Virus record (IMG/VR): IMGVR_UViG_3300029319_000050
Location: 1-58,409 of that record
Length of the DNA stretch: 58,409 nt
From: a virus
Lineage: Duplodnaviria; Caudoviricetes
Strand: one strand, 5' to 3'
Each line of letters opens with the position of its first letter. Position 1 is the stretch's first letter. Both the position numbers and the translations under genes were made by a program. Of this stretch, positions 1 to 9,514 are shown piece by piece. A model generated the notes under the pieces. The model had not been told where the DNA came from, made no database searches, and was given only the letters and a program-made list of their open reading frames with translations.

Positions 1-98
1 TATAAACTAGGATTAGTAGGTGTTGCACCTTTTTTCTTTTTCTTTTTAGCTTTACCACCTTTTTTCATTTTTAAAGCTGATAACATTCTAGCTTGTTT
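1..98. repeat. Terminal overlap of a circular assembly (identical to 58311-58408)
   Basis: 1-98 matches 58311-58408 exactly and only the last contig base differs. A gene reads in frame across the junction. Confidence 0.95.
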
Positions 99-185
99 TG
101 CATGGCTTTTACTTGCTTTATTTAAAGCTTTTGCAACTTTTTTAACAGTTCTTTTCTTAGTATTTACTTTTTTCTTAATAGGCAT
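1..185 (-). CDS. 5' part of a Lys-rich basic protein that continues at 58310-58202 across the junction (97 aa in total)
   Basis: ATG at 185 overlaps the upstream stop (TAATG). 185+109 nt = 98 codons: MPIKKKVNTKKRTVKKVAKALNKASKSHAKQARMLSALK... Confidence 0.85.
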   Translation of the reverse strand, partial: MPIKKKVNTKKRTVKKVAKALNKASKSHAKQARMLSALKMKKGGKAKKKKKKGATPTNPSL

Positions 186-832
186 TATGAAGGTTCTCTC
201 CTTAGTTGATCATATCTATATTCTTGTCTTGTAGCTCTACCCTCAGTCATATTCTTTAATCTATCTAATGACTGAATAAATCTTTGTTCATATACAGGTA
301 TTATTTCATAATTTTTCATAAATACGCAAGCCTCTACTAAAGTGCCATACAGTATAGTTTCAGGTGCATTTTTAGATAACCAAGTTGTTCCGCTATCACC
401 TGCAGCTGTTAATGAAGCTGGTTTATATAAATAATGTAACTCGACATCAAAATCACTGGAAGGAGAGGGGGCTACTATAAAAGTATCGTCATCAAATAAA
501 GCATAATAAAGTGGTGTGCCTGTTGTACTAGCAGACGAAGTATAGTCTCTGATGAAAGTTACGTGCTTATATTTTAAATACGTATAATCACCACTAGAAT
601 TTTTAACAGCCATTGAATATGGTGCTAAAAAATCATCAGGTGTAGTTAAATAAGGTGAAGACGTGCTAAGTTGACCTTCTACGTTTTTTCTAAAATTTGC
701 TGTTTCAACTAATTTTAAAATTCTATCTTCTGCATTTTCAATAAAATTATTTAAGTTATTTACAAAAGCTGTTTCATCATTTTGCATATAATCTTGTACA
801 GCTGTTTTAAGTTCTGAATACGTATAACTCAT
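185..832 (-). CDS. Head-tail adaptor-like virion protein
   Basis: Conserved type (YSELKTAVQDY...FIENAEDRI...GTPLYYA...VELHYLYKP...TTWLSKNAPETILYGTL) lying downstream of the capsid genes. Confidence 0.65.
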   Translation of the reverse strand: MSYTYSELKTAVQDYMQNDETAFVNNLNNFIENAEDRILKLVETANFRKNVEGQLSTSSPYLTTPDDFLAPYSMAVKNSSGDYTYLKYKHVTFIRDYTSSASTTGTPLYYALFDDDTFIVAPSPSSDFDVELHYLYKPASLTAAGDSGTTWLSKNAPETILYGTLVEACVFMKNYEIIPVYEQRFIQSLDRLKNMTEGRATRQEYRYDQLRREPS

Positions 833-1539
833 GTGTTAATTTGACCCCCCATACCTGAATGGTTAGTACAATAATAATACAATGTTGGAGCACCAGAAGC
901 AACCTCAATCTGTGTATATGCACCTGATGATCCTGGAGTACCATTTGTTGTTACTCCAGTAGTATATTCTGTTCCACCACCATGTGTTCCATTAGATGTA
1001 GTAGAAAACCTAAGAGGGTGATTACTGTTAGAGCTATCGGATTGATCAAATCGATATGTTTCCCCTTCAGTTAAATTTAGCGTGGCTGCTCTAGTACCAT
1101 CTATATAAAAATAATTAGCTCCATAATATTCAGCTACAGTAACTGTATAAGTAGTTATAGACGGTGCTGGTGTTGGTGCTGGAGTGGGAGACGGAGTAGG
1201 GGATGCAACATCTGATATAGTTACTTCGCCAACACTACCTGTCGCTGATTTTAAATTAAAACTTCCCCCTATAAAATCGTCAGTTGTGTTATATTGAGGA
1301 TTAGCACTTTCAGTTCTAACAATACCTAAATTAACTTCTTGATCGATATCAGGTCTTGACTCATATAATGCTTCTGGATCTACAACATAACGTTTTGGTT
1401 GTATTTGTGGATGTTTAGGTTCGTATTGATCAGGTCCAACTTTTAGACCATCCCAAGTCTTTTTTAAATCTTTATACTTATATCTTAAACCTGATCTATC
1501 ACATATTCCATAAGAATACTTACCTTTTGCATAACTCAT
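829..1539 (-). CDS. Virion protein: conserved N-terminal domain, Pro/Thr linker and C-terminal cupredoxin-like domain
   Basis: N-term GKYSYGICDRSGLRY; linker PTPSPTPAPTPAP; C-term NHPLRF...YYYCTNHSGMGG. Confidence 0.65.
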   Translation of the reverse strand: MSYAKGKYSYGICDRSGLRYKYKDLKKTWDGLKVGPDQYEPKHPQIQPKRYVVDPEALYESRPDIDQEVNLGIVRTESANPQYNTTDDFIGGSFNLKSATGSVGEVTISDVASPTPSPTPAPTPAPSITTYTVTVAEYYGANYFYIDGTRAATLNLTEGETYRFDQSDSSNSNHPLRFSTTSNGTHGGGTEYTTGVTTNGTPGSSGAYTQIEVASGAPTLYYYCTNHSGMGGQINT

Positions 1540-2207
1540 GTTGATTGCCTAAAAGGAACTAAACGTAAACTAGATCTATCCCTATCAGACTCATATGCTC
1601 TCTTAAAATCTTCTTCGTACATTTGTTTTAACATTAATGCTTTTTGAGGGTTTTTCTTTACTGATATATAGTAAGCTAAACCACTAACCATACAGGGTAT
1701 AAACCTTGCAGGTAAATCTTGATCTTCTGTTGATTTGTTGACGTCTTGTATTCTTTTCCACCTATAAGTAATTAATTTATCAGTAGAATTTTCTGGTGTA
1801 GGGTATAAATATATTTTAGGTGTAGTTGTTCTTTCTACATAAAATTGTGATGGTCTTCCTGTAGATGTTTTAACAGGTATATTAAAATATTCAGAACGGT
1901 CTATCCTTTCCATCTGTAAATCGTTTGTAGTACCACCTGAAGTTCTTCTTAGGACTGCATCTAATACATCAATATCGTATTCATTTAGGTCGTAAGAAGC
2001 AGTATCTTTAGTTAAATCTAAAGAAACTTGTTCTACTTCCCAAAGTTGTACCCCTCTATTAGACCAGTCTGCAAACAATATATTAAGACACCGTCTAGCA
2101 GCATTAGCATCATAACCAGTACGAAGTTCTAACCCTGCTAGTTCGTAAGCCTCTTCAATTACATCTGATGTAGATAACGAAAAGGTTCTAGTGCCTGATG
2201 TCGCCAT
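1536..2207 (-). CDS. Adaptor / tail tubular A-like virion protein
   Basis: MATSGT...IEEAYE...WSNRGVQLW...GRPSQFYVER...YLYPTP; same fold type as 185-832; structural operon. Confidence 0.65.
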   Translation of the reverse strand: MATSGTRTFSLSTSDVIEEAYELAGLELRTGYDANAARRCLNILFADWSNRGVQLWEVEQVSLDLTKDTASYDLNEYDIDVLDAVLRRTSGGTTNDLQMERIDRSEYFNIPVKTSTGRPSQFYVERTTTPKIYLYPTPENSTDKLITYRWKRIQDVNKSTEDQDLPARFIPCMVSGLAYYISVKKNPQKALMLKQMYEEDFKRAYESDRDRSSLRLVPFRQST

Positions 2208-2614
2208 TATTCAAAATCTTTGTACAATGTCAACACTATAACGTATGAATCACCGCTTGTGTGACCAGTAGTCGTTAGTTTTATATCACCAGTCTTTCCA
2301 CTACCTGAGGTATTTCTAATCCCACCGAACTCTGTGAAATCTTCATCAGTTGTATAATCTGAATTTAAATCCCAACAGATAGTGTCAGTAGAAGCGTCCC
2401 ATAAAAGCTTTACGCTCATACCAAAAGTCGAATAAACAATTTTAGCTAATCTTACACCAGTACAAGTTGCACCATCCGTGCTTCGAGTAGCTAAAGCACT
2501 AACATCTACTTTAGTAACCGCTGATTCACCTGTTCCATCGGATGTGTTGGTCAGCTGAATTACAGCTGACCTATCACTATCTGACAGAGTTGTTGAAGTT
2601 ACTGCGTCTGCCAT
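2207..2614 (-). CDS. Conserved virion structural protein
   Basis: MADAVTS...DGTGESAVTKVDVSAL...FGG...GKTGDI type; beta-rich; RBS GGAG. Confidence 0.6.
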   Translation of the reverse strand: MADAVTSTTLSDSDRSAVIQLTNTSDGTGESAVTKVDVSALATRSTDGATCTGVRLAKIVYSTFGMSVKLLWDASTDTICWDLNSDYTTDEDFTEFGGIRNTSGSGKTGDIKLTTTGHTSGDSYVIVLTLYKDFE

Positions 2615-2629
2615 ATTAAGCTCCTATGA

Positions 2630-3136
2630 TTAAGCGTCAGCAAAAGGTGTAACTACTGTGCCTGAAGCAAGTACTATTCCTTCTACAGCATATTTTGCTG
2701 ATGCAATAGCAGTACATCTAATAATAGTACCAGCAATACCACCTTTAGTAGAACCGTTTAAAGTAATAACGTCATTAGATGCACCTGAAATAAATGTTTT
2801 TCCTGCTGCATCGCTTTTACCTAAATATAAACCACCAACGAACTTATCAGTACCGTCTGTTTTTATATCTACATCTGTAGCTGCAGTTTCAATAACGAAA
2901 GTGTATGTAGCACCTAAGTTATTTAATGAGTTAGGGTCTGTAGGGTCACTAGGTGCAGTAGTAACAATAGAGGGTAAAGTAAATTTACCGTCTGCATCAT
3001 TACAAGTAAGTATGCGTCCTGCGTGACTGTCTACGGTTAAGGTTGTGTCTGCTGTTAAACTTACTACTGAAGTATTACCTGCGGTAATAAATCCTGAAAT
3101 AGATCTAACAGGACCTGAAAAGGTTGATTTAGCCAT
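2630..3136 (-). CDS. Virion structural (head fibre / decoration-like) protein
   Basis: Start moved to MAKSTFSGPVRS (ATG 3136, AGGAG RBS); Thr/Ala/Gly-rich. Confidence 0.6.
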   Translation of the reverse strand: MAKSTFSGPVRSISGFITAGNTSVVSLTADTTLTVDSHAGRILTCNDADGKFTLPSIVTTAPSDPTDPNSLNNLGATYTFVIETAATDVDIKTDGTDKFVGGLYLGKSDAAGKTFISGASNDVITLNGSTKGGIAGTIIRCTAIASAKYAVEGIVLASGTVVTPFADA

Positions 3137-3242
3137 TATAACTCCTATAACTAAATACGTTGTTTCATCTATGGAGATAGTCTGCCGAGCCAGTTGAAAC
3201 AACAATTAATCTCGGTTTAATTAATTGTAAGTTATATGGTAG

Positions 3243-3270
3243 AAAAAAGAAAGGGGACCGAAGCCCCCTT
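3243..3270 (-). terminator. Intrinsic terminator after the major capsid gene
   Basis: Minus strand AAGGGGGC-TTCG-GTCCCCTT followed by a U-rich run. Confidence 0.75.
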
Positions 3271-3310
3271 ATTAGTAAGGTGTTTTACAACACCTGCCCC
3301 AGTATCGAGA

Positions 3311-4219
3311 TTAGGCTCCTGGAGATCCGTACATTCCACGCCAGTCACTAAAGCCGAAAGAATATCTTTCTCTAGCTTTGTATCTTACGTTTCCTGTTTC
3401 GAAGTCACCTTCCATGCCTGTCTTGATTCCGCTTCTGACGAAGTGCTTTAACCCATTAGGAGAGTCAGTTTTGATAAAGAAAGCATCTGTGTCAGTTAAG
3501 AAATGGTTAACAGTGTAACCTTCAGGAAGCATTCCCATATTTCTTAACGCATTGATGTCGTTATCAGAAGTTGCCACTCTATTAGGAGTATTAAGCAGTC
3601 TATCAGCTACAAATTGAAGCTGTGGTGGAACGATAAGCTTTCTAGCTTGTACGTTCACTTTTAGACCTCTTTCATCTTTGAAAGCTGCAATGTCAATCAT
3701 TGCATTTTCAAGTGAAGTTTCATTCAAGTCAGCAGCTGTGCTAGGCTCGTTAGATTGATCTCCTGCTGTCAAGGTAGGGTGATCGGTAGCGAATAATTCT
3801 TTACCGTCGCCTCCTGGAAAGCTTGAGTTAAATCCATTGTTTAACACATTGGCAGCCTTGATTTGCTTTGTCTGAGACATAGATCTAGCTAATGCTCGAG
3901 TATATCTTGAAGACAAAGTATCATAAAGATTATCTTCGATAGCTTCTTCAGTTAGTGAGAAAGCCAATGCTACAGTTTCATGTGAATACCTAGCAGTGAA
4001 GGTTTCTTGTGCATAGTCATAGCTGACTGAGGCACCTTCGCCTTTCACTGGAGCTTCACCGAAGCCTGATAACATTACTTCTTCCTCAAATGCTCTTTCA
4101 GAAGTTTCTGTGTCGAAGATTTCTTCGTGTTCGTTCTCGTAACGTGCATACTCTAAACCAAAAAGTGCGTTCAATCCTGGTTCGAGTTCTTTTACTAATT
4201 GAGCTCTATTAATTGCCAT
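3311..4219 (-). CDS. Major capsid protein (Mu gpT-like / HK97 fold)
   Basis: MAINRAQLVKELEPGLNALFGLEY...YKARERYSFGFSDWRGMYGSPGA; biased codon usage; followed by a terminator. Confidence 0.92.
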   Translation of the reverse strand: MAINRAQLVKELEPGLNALFGLEYARYENEHEEIFDTETSERAFEEEVMLSGFGEAPVKGEGASVSYDYAQETFTARYSHETVALAFSLTEEAIEDNLYDTLSSRYTRALARSMSQTKQIKAANVLNNGFNSSFPGGDGKELFATDHPTLTAGDQSNEPSTAADLNETSLENAMIDIAAFKDERGLKVNVQARKLIVPPQLQFVADRLLNTPNRVATSDNDINALRNMGMLPEGYTVNHFLTDTDAFFIKTDSPNGLKHFVRSGIKTGMEGDFETGNVRYKARERYSFGFSDWRGMYGSPGA

Positions 4220-4231
4220 TTATATCACCTT

Positions 4232-4771
4232 TTAGTCGTTACCGAATGTTGAAGCAGGGAATATGAAATAACCTCTAGCGTATTGTCCAATGCTATTTCC
4301 TGGCTTATCAACAAAGCCAACTTGCTTAGCAATACCACTAGCTGTTGTAGTCGTTACTCCTTCCTTCGAACGTCCGTTGTTAGTATCACCTGCGGTAGTA
4401 GAGATAGTATGTACTTTACCGACATCTGCTTGAGTTGGAGTACCTGTGTACTGTGCCTCATAGACGATATCTGGATCAGTATATACATATGCTTTAATAT
4501 CCGCAGAACCTAAGGTTGTAGTGCCATCTACAAATCTCTTTACAAACTGCACTGCACCTGTACTGTCTTGGTATTCAGCACCTGCAAACACACCTAAAGG
4601 GGCGTCAGTAGCACCTGCTTGAAGTACATATCCACTTGTTAGCTTAACAACGTCTCCAGAGAAAATATCTCCAGATGCTCCACTTTGGATTGCAAATTCA
4701 GAAGGTCTAATTGTACCACCTGTTAGGTGATAGGCAGGAGTGAATCCATCTGGATCATTTACATTTGCCAT
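4232..4771 (-). CDS. Capsid-associated (decoration/cement-like) protein
   Basis: Immediately upstream of MCP; IFSGDVVKL...LGVFAG...YVYTDPDIVYEAQ type. Confidence 0.65.
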   Translation of the reverse strand: MANVNDPDGFTPAYHLTGGTIRPSEFAIQSGASGDIFSGDVVKLTSGYVLQAGATDAPLGVFAGAEYQDSTGAVQFVKRFVDGTTTLGSADIKAYVYTDPDIVYEAQYTGTPTQADVGKVHTISTTAGDTNNGRSKEGVTTTTASGIAKQVGFVDKPGNSIGQYARGYFIFPASTFGND

Positions 4772-4802
4772 TTATTTCACCATTAAGTTAATAATTTATA
4801 AT

Positions 4803-5264
4803 TTACCCTTTCTTCAAACCACCTGATCCAAAAGTAACTTTACTTGACCTATTAGGTTTCTCTATAGGCATAAGATCATTACTTTCTCTCATTAAGTTTG
4901 TATCAAGAGCTTCCATTTGATTCTCAGCAATGCCTCTATAATAAGCATTACGTTCCTCAGCAGTTTCTTCTGGTATTTTTGCTAAAACCAATCCACCTAC
5001 ACCAATAACACCGTCATTCCTTCCACCTTCAATAGTAGGTGCATGGAAGTCAGGATGATCTTCGGATCTCACTGGTTCCCAACCCTCACGAATACGTTTA
5101 CTCATATTAGTCTTATCTTCTGTTCCCAAAAGAGACTCTCTAAGCCAACGATGTTTAAATCCTGGAGGTGCTGGAGGTGCATCCAAAGTTGATGGTGGTG
5201 TCCATGGTTTTCTGCGAGAAGTGTTTTCTCGTGTTTTTGCAGTTCGTGGAGTTCGATCTGACAT
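4803..5264 (-). CDS. Conserved head-module protein
   Basis: PWTPPSTLDAPPAPPGFKHRWLRES...REGWEPV...GVGGLVLAKIPEE motif; lies between scaffold and capsid. Confidence 0.7.
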   Translation of the reverse strand: MSDRTPRTAKTRENTSRRKPWTPPSTLDAPPAPPGFKHRWLRESLLGTEDKTNMSKRIREGWEPVRSEDHPDFHAPTIEGGRNDGVIGVGGLVLAKIPEETAEERNAYYRGIAENQMEALDTNLMRESNDLMPIEKPNRSSKVTFGSGGLKKG

Positions 5265-5266
5265 AT

Positions 5267-6196
5267 TTATACTCCTTTTACGTGTTTAGCATATTCTTCT
5301 AGTGGTACACCTAATCTTTTAGCTATCGCTACTTGAGAAGGTGACAACCGTACTCTGCGTGCAGACTTATTACTTGCTGTCCTTGTAGGGGCAGCAACTT
5401 TAGGCTGTACGTTACTTTTTGCATCAGTAGTTTCCTCTGATGTAAACTTGTGTGGGAATTCGGCTTGCATACGCTTGTCGATTTCCTTGTAGTATTCGTC
5501 TGATTGTAGGTCGTAACCTAAATCATGCAACTCTTTGTGTATCCCAAATGCAGCAAACGTCATGACTTGATCTTGTCCAAACCATTGATTTTTAGCAGCC
5601 CATTCTTGTGCTTTTGGGTCTGGAGGTGGTGCCTCTTGTGTTTGTTGCGGTAATTCAGGTACATCTACTTCTTGTTCCGTTTCTTCTGTATCTAAACGTT
5701 TTTTAACTCTCGTTAGATTTTCAGCTTCAGCTCCAAGACGTGCAATATTTTCGTTAGCCGATGCCATTGCATCTGCATCACCATTTTCGTAAGCTAATTT
5801 ATATTGCTTTTTCGCTTGGTCTAATTGTGATTGTACACGACTTTCAGCTTCATTGACTAGTGTTGCGTCAGAATTTTTTAAAGATGTTTTTAATTTCTGA
5901 TTTTCACTAATTACGTTTTCAGCGTACTTAACAGCTTCTTCTCGCTGTCTTTCAGCTTCTCGCATTTTATAAGTTAGTTGACTTATGCGTTTTTTGACAC
6001 CTTCGGAATAGTCCTCAAGCTCATCTTCTTTAGCTTCTGACTTAGGTTCCTCAGATGGTTCCTCTACTTCTTTTACAGAATCTTTATTAACTTCAAACTC
6101 AACTTCATTAGTTTCTGCTTCTTCGTTAATAACATCTGCTTCTCTTATGTCTACGTCTTTTTCTTCGACTTCGACTGTTAATTTAGGTTCAGCCAT
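5267..6196 (-). CDS. Scaffolding protein
   Basis: Acidic coiled coil; YSEGVKKRI; C-term VRLSPSQVAIAKRLGVPLEEYAK; position upstream of MCP. Confidence 0.75.
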   Translation of the reverse strand: MAEPKLTVEVEEKDVDIREADVINEEAETNEVEFEVNKDSVKEVEEPSEEPKSEAKEDELEDYSEGVKKRISQLTYKMREAERQREEAVKYAENVISENQKLKTSLKNSDATLVNEAESRVQSQLDQAKKQYKLAYENGDADAMASANENIARLGAEAENLTRVKKRLDTEETEQEVDVPELPQQTQEAPPPDPKAQEWAAKNQWFGQDQVMTFAAFGIHKELHDLGYDLQSDEYYKEIDKRMQAEFPHKFTSEETTDAKSNVQPKVAAPTRTASNKSARRVRLSPSQVAIAKRLGVPLEEYAKHVKGV

Positions 6197-6204
6197 ATTT
6201 TTTC

Positions 6205-6657
6205 CTATGCGTGGTGGACAACGTTTTCAGGATCTTTGATAACAGCTAAAACTTCATCATCATTTAACAATCGCATTTCGCCACCGTCAATTTTGATTCT
6301 AGCTCCAGCATATCTGCCAAAGATAATCCAGTCGCCTTTTTTGCACCAAGCCCCACAAGGATACTTGTCAGGATCAGTGTAAGCGTCAGGTCCGAGATCG
6401 ACTACATACCCCACGTTAGTAGATAGCCTTTCTCTTTCAACCGTTTCTTTTGCTAATACTATACCACCTTTTGTCTTTTTAGCAATGGTATAGGGCAAGA
6501 TTAAAATTCTATAGCCTGTGGGAACAGGAAGTTTATCAATTTCCCTCTCACAGTCTTCTGGGGTTGTTATACCTTTAGTTTCTTCAACTACAGGTTCTTT
6601 TTTCGTTCTATTTGAAAAATCTAGTACTTTATCTGGTACTTTCTCACTCATCTTCAT
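6205..6657 (-). CDS. groES: Co-chaperonin GroES (Cpn10) homolog
   Basis: PTGYRILI, mobile loop KTKGGIVL, VVDLGPDAY, KKGDWIIFGRYAG, LLNDDEVLA. Confidence 0.9.
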   Translation of the reverse strand: MKMSEKVPDKVLDFSNRTKKEPVVEETKGITTPEDCEREIDKLPVPTGYRILILPYTIAKKTKGGIVLAKETVERERLSTNVGYVVDLGPDAYTDPDKYPCGAWCKKGDWIIFGRYAGARIKIDGGEMRLLNDDEVLAVIKDPENVVHHA

Positions 6658-6853
6658 CCTCCCAAAGACTTATTTCATTTTCAAGCAGGTCTTTAATAGT
6701 AAATTCAGCGAAGCTTAGACCTGAAAGCTCGCCTATAATGCGTTGATACTGTTCATGGTCTTGTATAGACCCAGATTTCAACGTTTCCGTAAGTTGTGCG
6801 TCTCTTTCTCTGACTAATTTGAGAAATTTACGTACTAAATCAATATAATCCAC
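6644..6853 (-). CDS. Small conserved head-module protein
   Basis: SGSIQDHEQYQRIIGELSGL motif; coupled to its neighbours. Confidence 0.7.
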   Translation of the reverse strand: MDYIDLVRKFLKLVRERDAQLTETLKSGSIQDHEQYQRIIGELSGLSFAEFTIKDLLENEISLWEDEDE

Positions 6854-7062
6854 TAATCAGGCTGTTTATGGAACATTAACCCTTGTGTTGCTGCTCCTGT
6901 ACCTCTAGTTTTTACTAAAGTTGCCTTTCTTTCGTTAACTTTTACGTTAACTGGTCCGCCTTGTCGCATTTCTGGCGCATATCCGAATTTAGCAACCAAT
7001 TTTTTAGGTAATTTACGTAAACCTGCTCCTTTTTTTCCTTTTGGTATCGGTTTTTTCTCCAT
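6853..7062 (-). CDS. Small basic protein
   Basis: RBS AGGAG; GLRKLPK and RGTGAATQG motifs. Confidence 0.7.
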   Translation of the reverse strand: MEKKPIPKGKKGAGLRKLPKKLVAKFGYAPEMRQGGPVNVKVNERKATLVKTRGTGAATQGLMFHKQPD

Positions 7063-7075
7063 TTTAACTCCTATT

Positions 7076-9514
7076 TTAATTATTATCAGGTAAATTTCTA
7101 GCTTCTTGTGCTTGTTTTGCTAATTCTACTAGATCTTTTACCCTTTGTTCTTCTTTTTCTATTAAATCAGACTGTAAATTAACTGCTAAACGTGCATCTT
7201 GTTTATTTTCTTCTGATTCAATACGTTCTCTATCCACATCAGCTCTAATATTTTCTCTTTCAATCTCAGTTTGAGCCCTTAGTTGAGCTTCTGCTTGACG
7301 TAATTGCAGTTTAGCTTGTTCTAATTGCATCTGAGCATTAAACATTTGCATTTGTGGATCGATTTGTGCGTTAAGTTGTGCTTGTTGTATGGCTTGATCT
7401 CTACCTGTTATTTGTTGTGTAGCAGCAGCAGCCTGTGCAGCAATCGCATTTTGTACTTCCATCGGTAATGGTTGACCTTCAGGTGGCATTTCCATACCTT
7501 GTTGTGCTAATATTTGAGTAACTTCAAGTCTATATTTCAAGGCGAAGTGTTCTTGTATATGAGCTTGTAGTGCAGCAACAGCTTGAGCGTTAGATTGCAC
7601 GTTAGGGTTTTGTAAAAATGCAGTATGTGCAGCTATATGGGCATCGTGATCTTGTTCTAAAAATGCTTTTAACGGTGTGCCTACCATTACATCTTGGTTT
7701 TCTTGTACAGGATCTTTAGGAAACTCACTAGCCTCAGGTCTTAATATTTCATCTACGTCTTTTACATCAAGTGCTATATACATATTTTTATAAGCTTCAC
7801 GTAAATTATGTATTCCTGGAGCACTTTGAGCTAACTGTAGTTGAGTTTGAGCCATCGTAATTCTTTGTGAAGTACTAAAAATATTAGGATCACTTACAGG
7901 AATCACATCTACCTTCCTATCGAAGTCTTGTACAAAAACACTTCTTGAAGCACCTGCAACATCAAAAGGATATTCATCAGGAATAGATTCACTAAACACT
8001 CTTGCTAAAATTTTAAATTCTAATTTTTGTGCATAATGTAAACGTTTATGTATTGCAGACATAACTTTAGAACCACGTTCTAATAATGCAATAGTTGTAC
8101 CTACAGGAGCTTCTTGATTACCGTCGCCTACTTGCATATCGGCAATCGATGCAAACCTACGACCACTATCTACTAATACACCTAATAATTGTGCTAACGT
8201 ACCACTAGGTTCTTTATACGGTAGTGGCATAATCGCATCACGTAATGTACCTCCTGGAATATCTACGTCTCTAAATTCTCCAGGCTGTAACGGTTCATCA
8301 AGTTTACTTACATTCATACCTCTAGCTTTAAAACCAGCAGGTAAATTAGATAATGTTCCAGCATCAATTAGCTGTCTTAAAATAGAAGTTGCAGATTGAC
8401 TTAGACCACCAATCATATGAATTAAACCAAATCCATAAAACCCTAATCCAGGAAGGAATTTATAATGTACAAAATGTTGTACTTTACGTTTTAATGGATC
8501 GTCTTCTCTATAATTTTTACGAATAGATAAAATAGTATTCGTTTCTTTTACGAAAGTTACAATATATGGTAAAGCAATCCCTGTAGGATTACCGTCTTTG
8601 TCTACATCTGCAAAACCATCTAAATCAAGGTTAACGTGCATTTCTAAAAGAGTATATTCTTCATCTTCCCCTATAGCTGATAACCCTTGTAGTTCTTCCA
8701 TTTTTTCAGTAACTTGATCATCATCATAAGTAGGCTCGCTCAAAGGAACGTCTTTATAAAAACCATTAACTTGTAATTTTCGTAAATCGTTATATGGCAT
8801 TTTAATTACATGAGTAACTCTAGGGCTAGTCATTAAATCGGTAGCGTAATAAGGTACGACTAAATCTTCAGCCATAATAAATTTAGAACAAGCCCTACCC
8901 ATAGCAGGATCAAAATAAACTTTTTTAAATGCAGAACCTGATAACGGTAAATAAAATAAAAGCTGATCCATATCAGGATCGTATTCTTCCATTACGTGGC
9001 ATATTTGATAGTTCATAAATTCACGAACTCGTTCTGCCTGTTTACTTCTTTCGTCATCCATATCACCGATAACTTGAGTATTTACTGGTCCACCAGCAGG
9101 TAAAAGTTCTTTATACGCTTGAGCTTGAAACTGTGTTACCGCTTCAGCTAATAATGGGTGATGTACTCCACTAGCCCCTTGAAAAGGTTGAGTACGTTCT
9201 TGATCGTATTTAATACCTAATAATTCTAAACCTTGAGTAAAAGCATTATACCAATCTTCTCTTGATTCATAATCTTCTTCGTAATTATCACTTAACGTTG
9301 AACATAAGGTACCAAGTTCATCTTCGTCAATACTTTCAGCTAAATTATCACCAAAGGCAAGAGACTCCATTCCGATTTCTTCTAGGTCTAAATCCCCTAT
9401 TTCTTGGATTAAAACTTCTAAATCTTGTGGAGGTGGTTCTGCAGCAGCATCGATTTCTATTTCAATGGCTTCTTCGTCGGTGATAGGTTTTTGATTATTG
9501 TTTTCTATTGCCAT
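7076..9514 (-). CDS. Portal protein
   Basis: PFQGASGVHHPLLAEAVTQFQAQAYKELLPAGGPV, LPLSGSAFKKVY, GFYGFGLIH; Gln-rich C-terminal barrel as in P22-type portals. Confidence 0.9.
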   Translation of the reverse strand: MAIENNNQKPITDEEAIEIEIDAAAEPPPQDLEVLIQEIGDLDLEEIGMESLAFGDNLAESIDEDELGTLCSTLSDNYEEDYESREDWYNAFTQGLELLGIKYDQERTQPFQGASGVHHPLLAEAVTQFQAQAYKELLPAGGPVNTQVIGDMDDERSKQAERVREFMNYQICHVMEEYDPDMDQLLFYLPLSGSAFKKVYFDPAMGRACSKFIMAEDLVVPYYATDLMTSPRVTHVIKMPYNDLRKLQVNGFYKDVPLSEPTYDDDQVTEKMEELQGLSAIGEDEEYTLLEMHVNLDLDGFADVDKDGNPTGIALPYIVTFVKETNTILSIRKNYREDDPLKRKVQHFVHYKFLPGLGFYGFGLIHMIGGLSQSATSILRQLIDAGTLSNLPAGFKARGMNVSKLDEPLQPGEFRDVDIPGGTLRDAIMPLPYKEPSGTLAQLLGVLVDSGRRFASIADMQVGDGNQEAPVGTTIALLERGSKVMSAIHKRLHYAQKLEFKILARVFSESIPDEYPFDVAGASRSVFVQDFDRKVDVIPVSDPNIFSTSQRITMAQTQLQLAQSAPGIHNLREAYKNMYIALDVKDVDEILRPEASEFPKDPVQENQDVMVGTPLKAFLEQDHDAHIAAHTAFLQNPNVQSNAQAVAALQAHIQEHFALKYRLEVTQILAQQGMEMPPEGQPLPMEVQNAIAAQAAAATQQITGRDQAIQQAQLNAQIDPQMQMFNAQMQLEQAKLQLRQAEAQLRAQTEIERENIRADVDRERIESEENKQDARLAVNLQSDLIEKEEQRVKDLVELAKQAQEARNLPDNN

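Noticed and set aside
1-98. 98-bp terminal direct repeat as the biological genome terminus
   Set aside because: It interrupts a gene that reads through the junction, and its length fits an assembler k-mer overlap. True ends are more plausibly near 13 kb.
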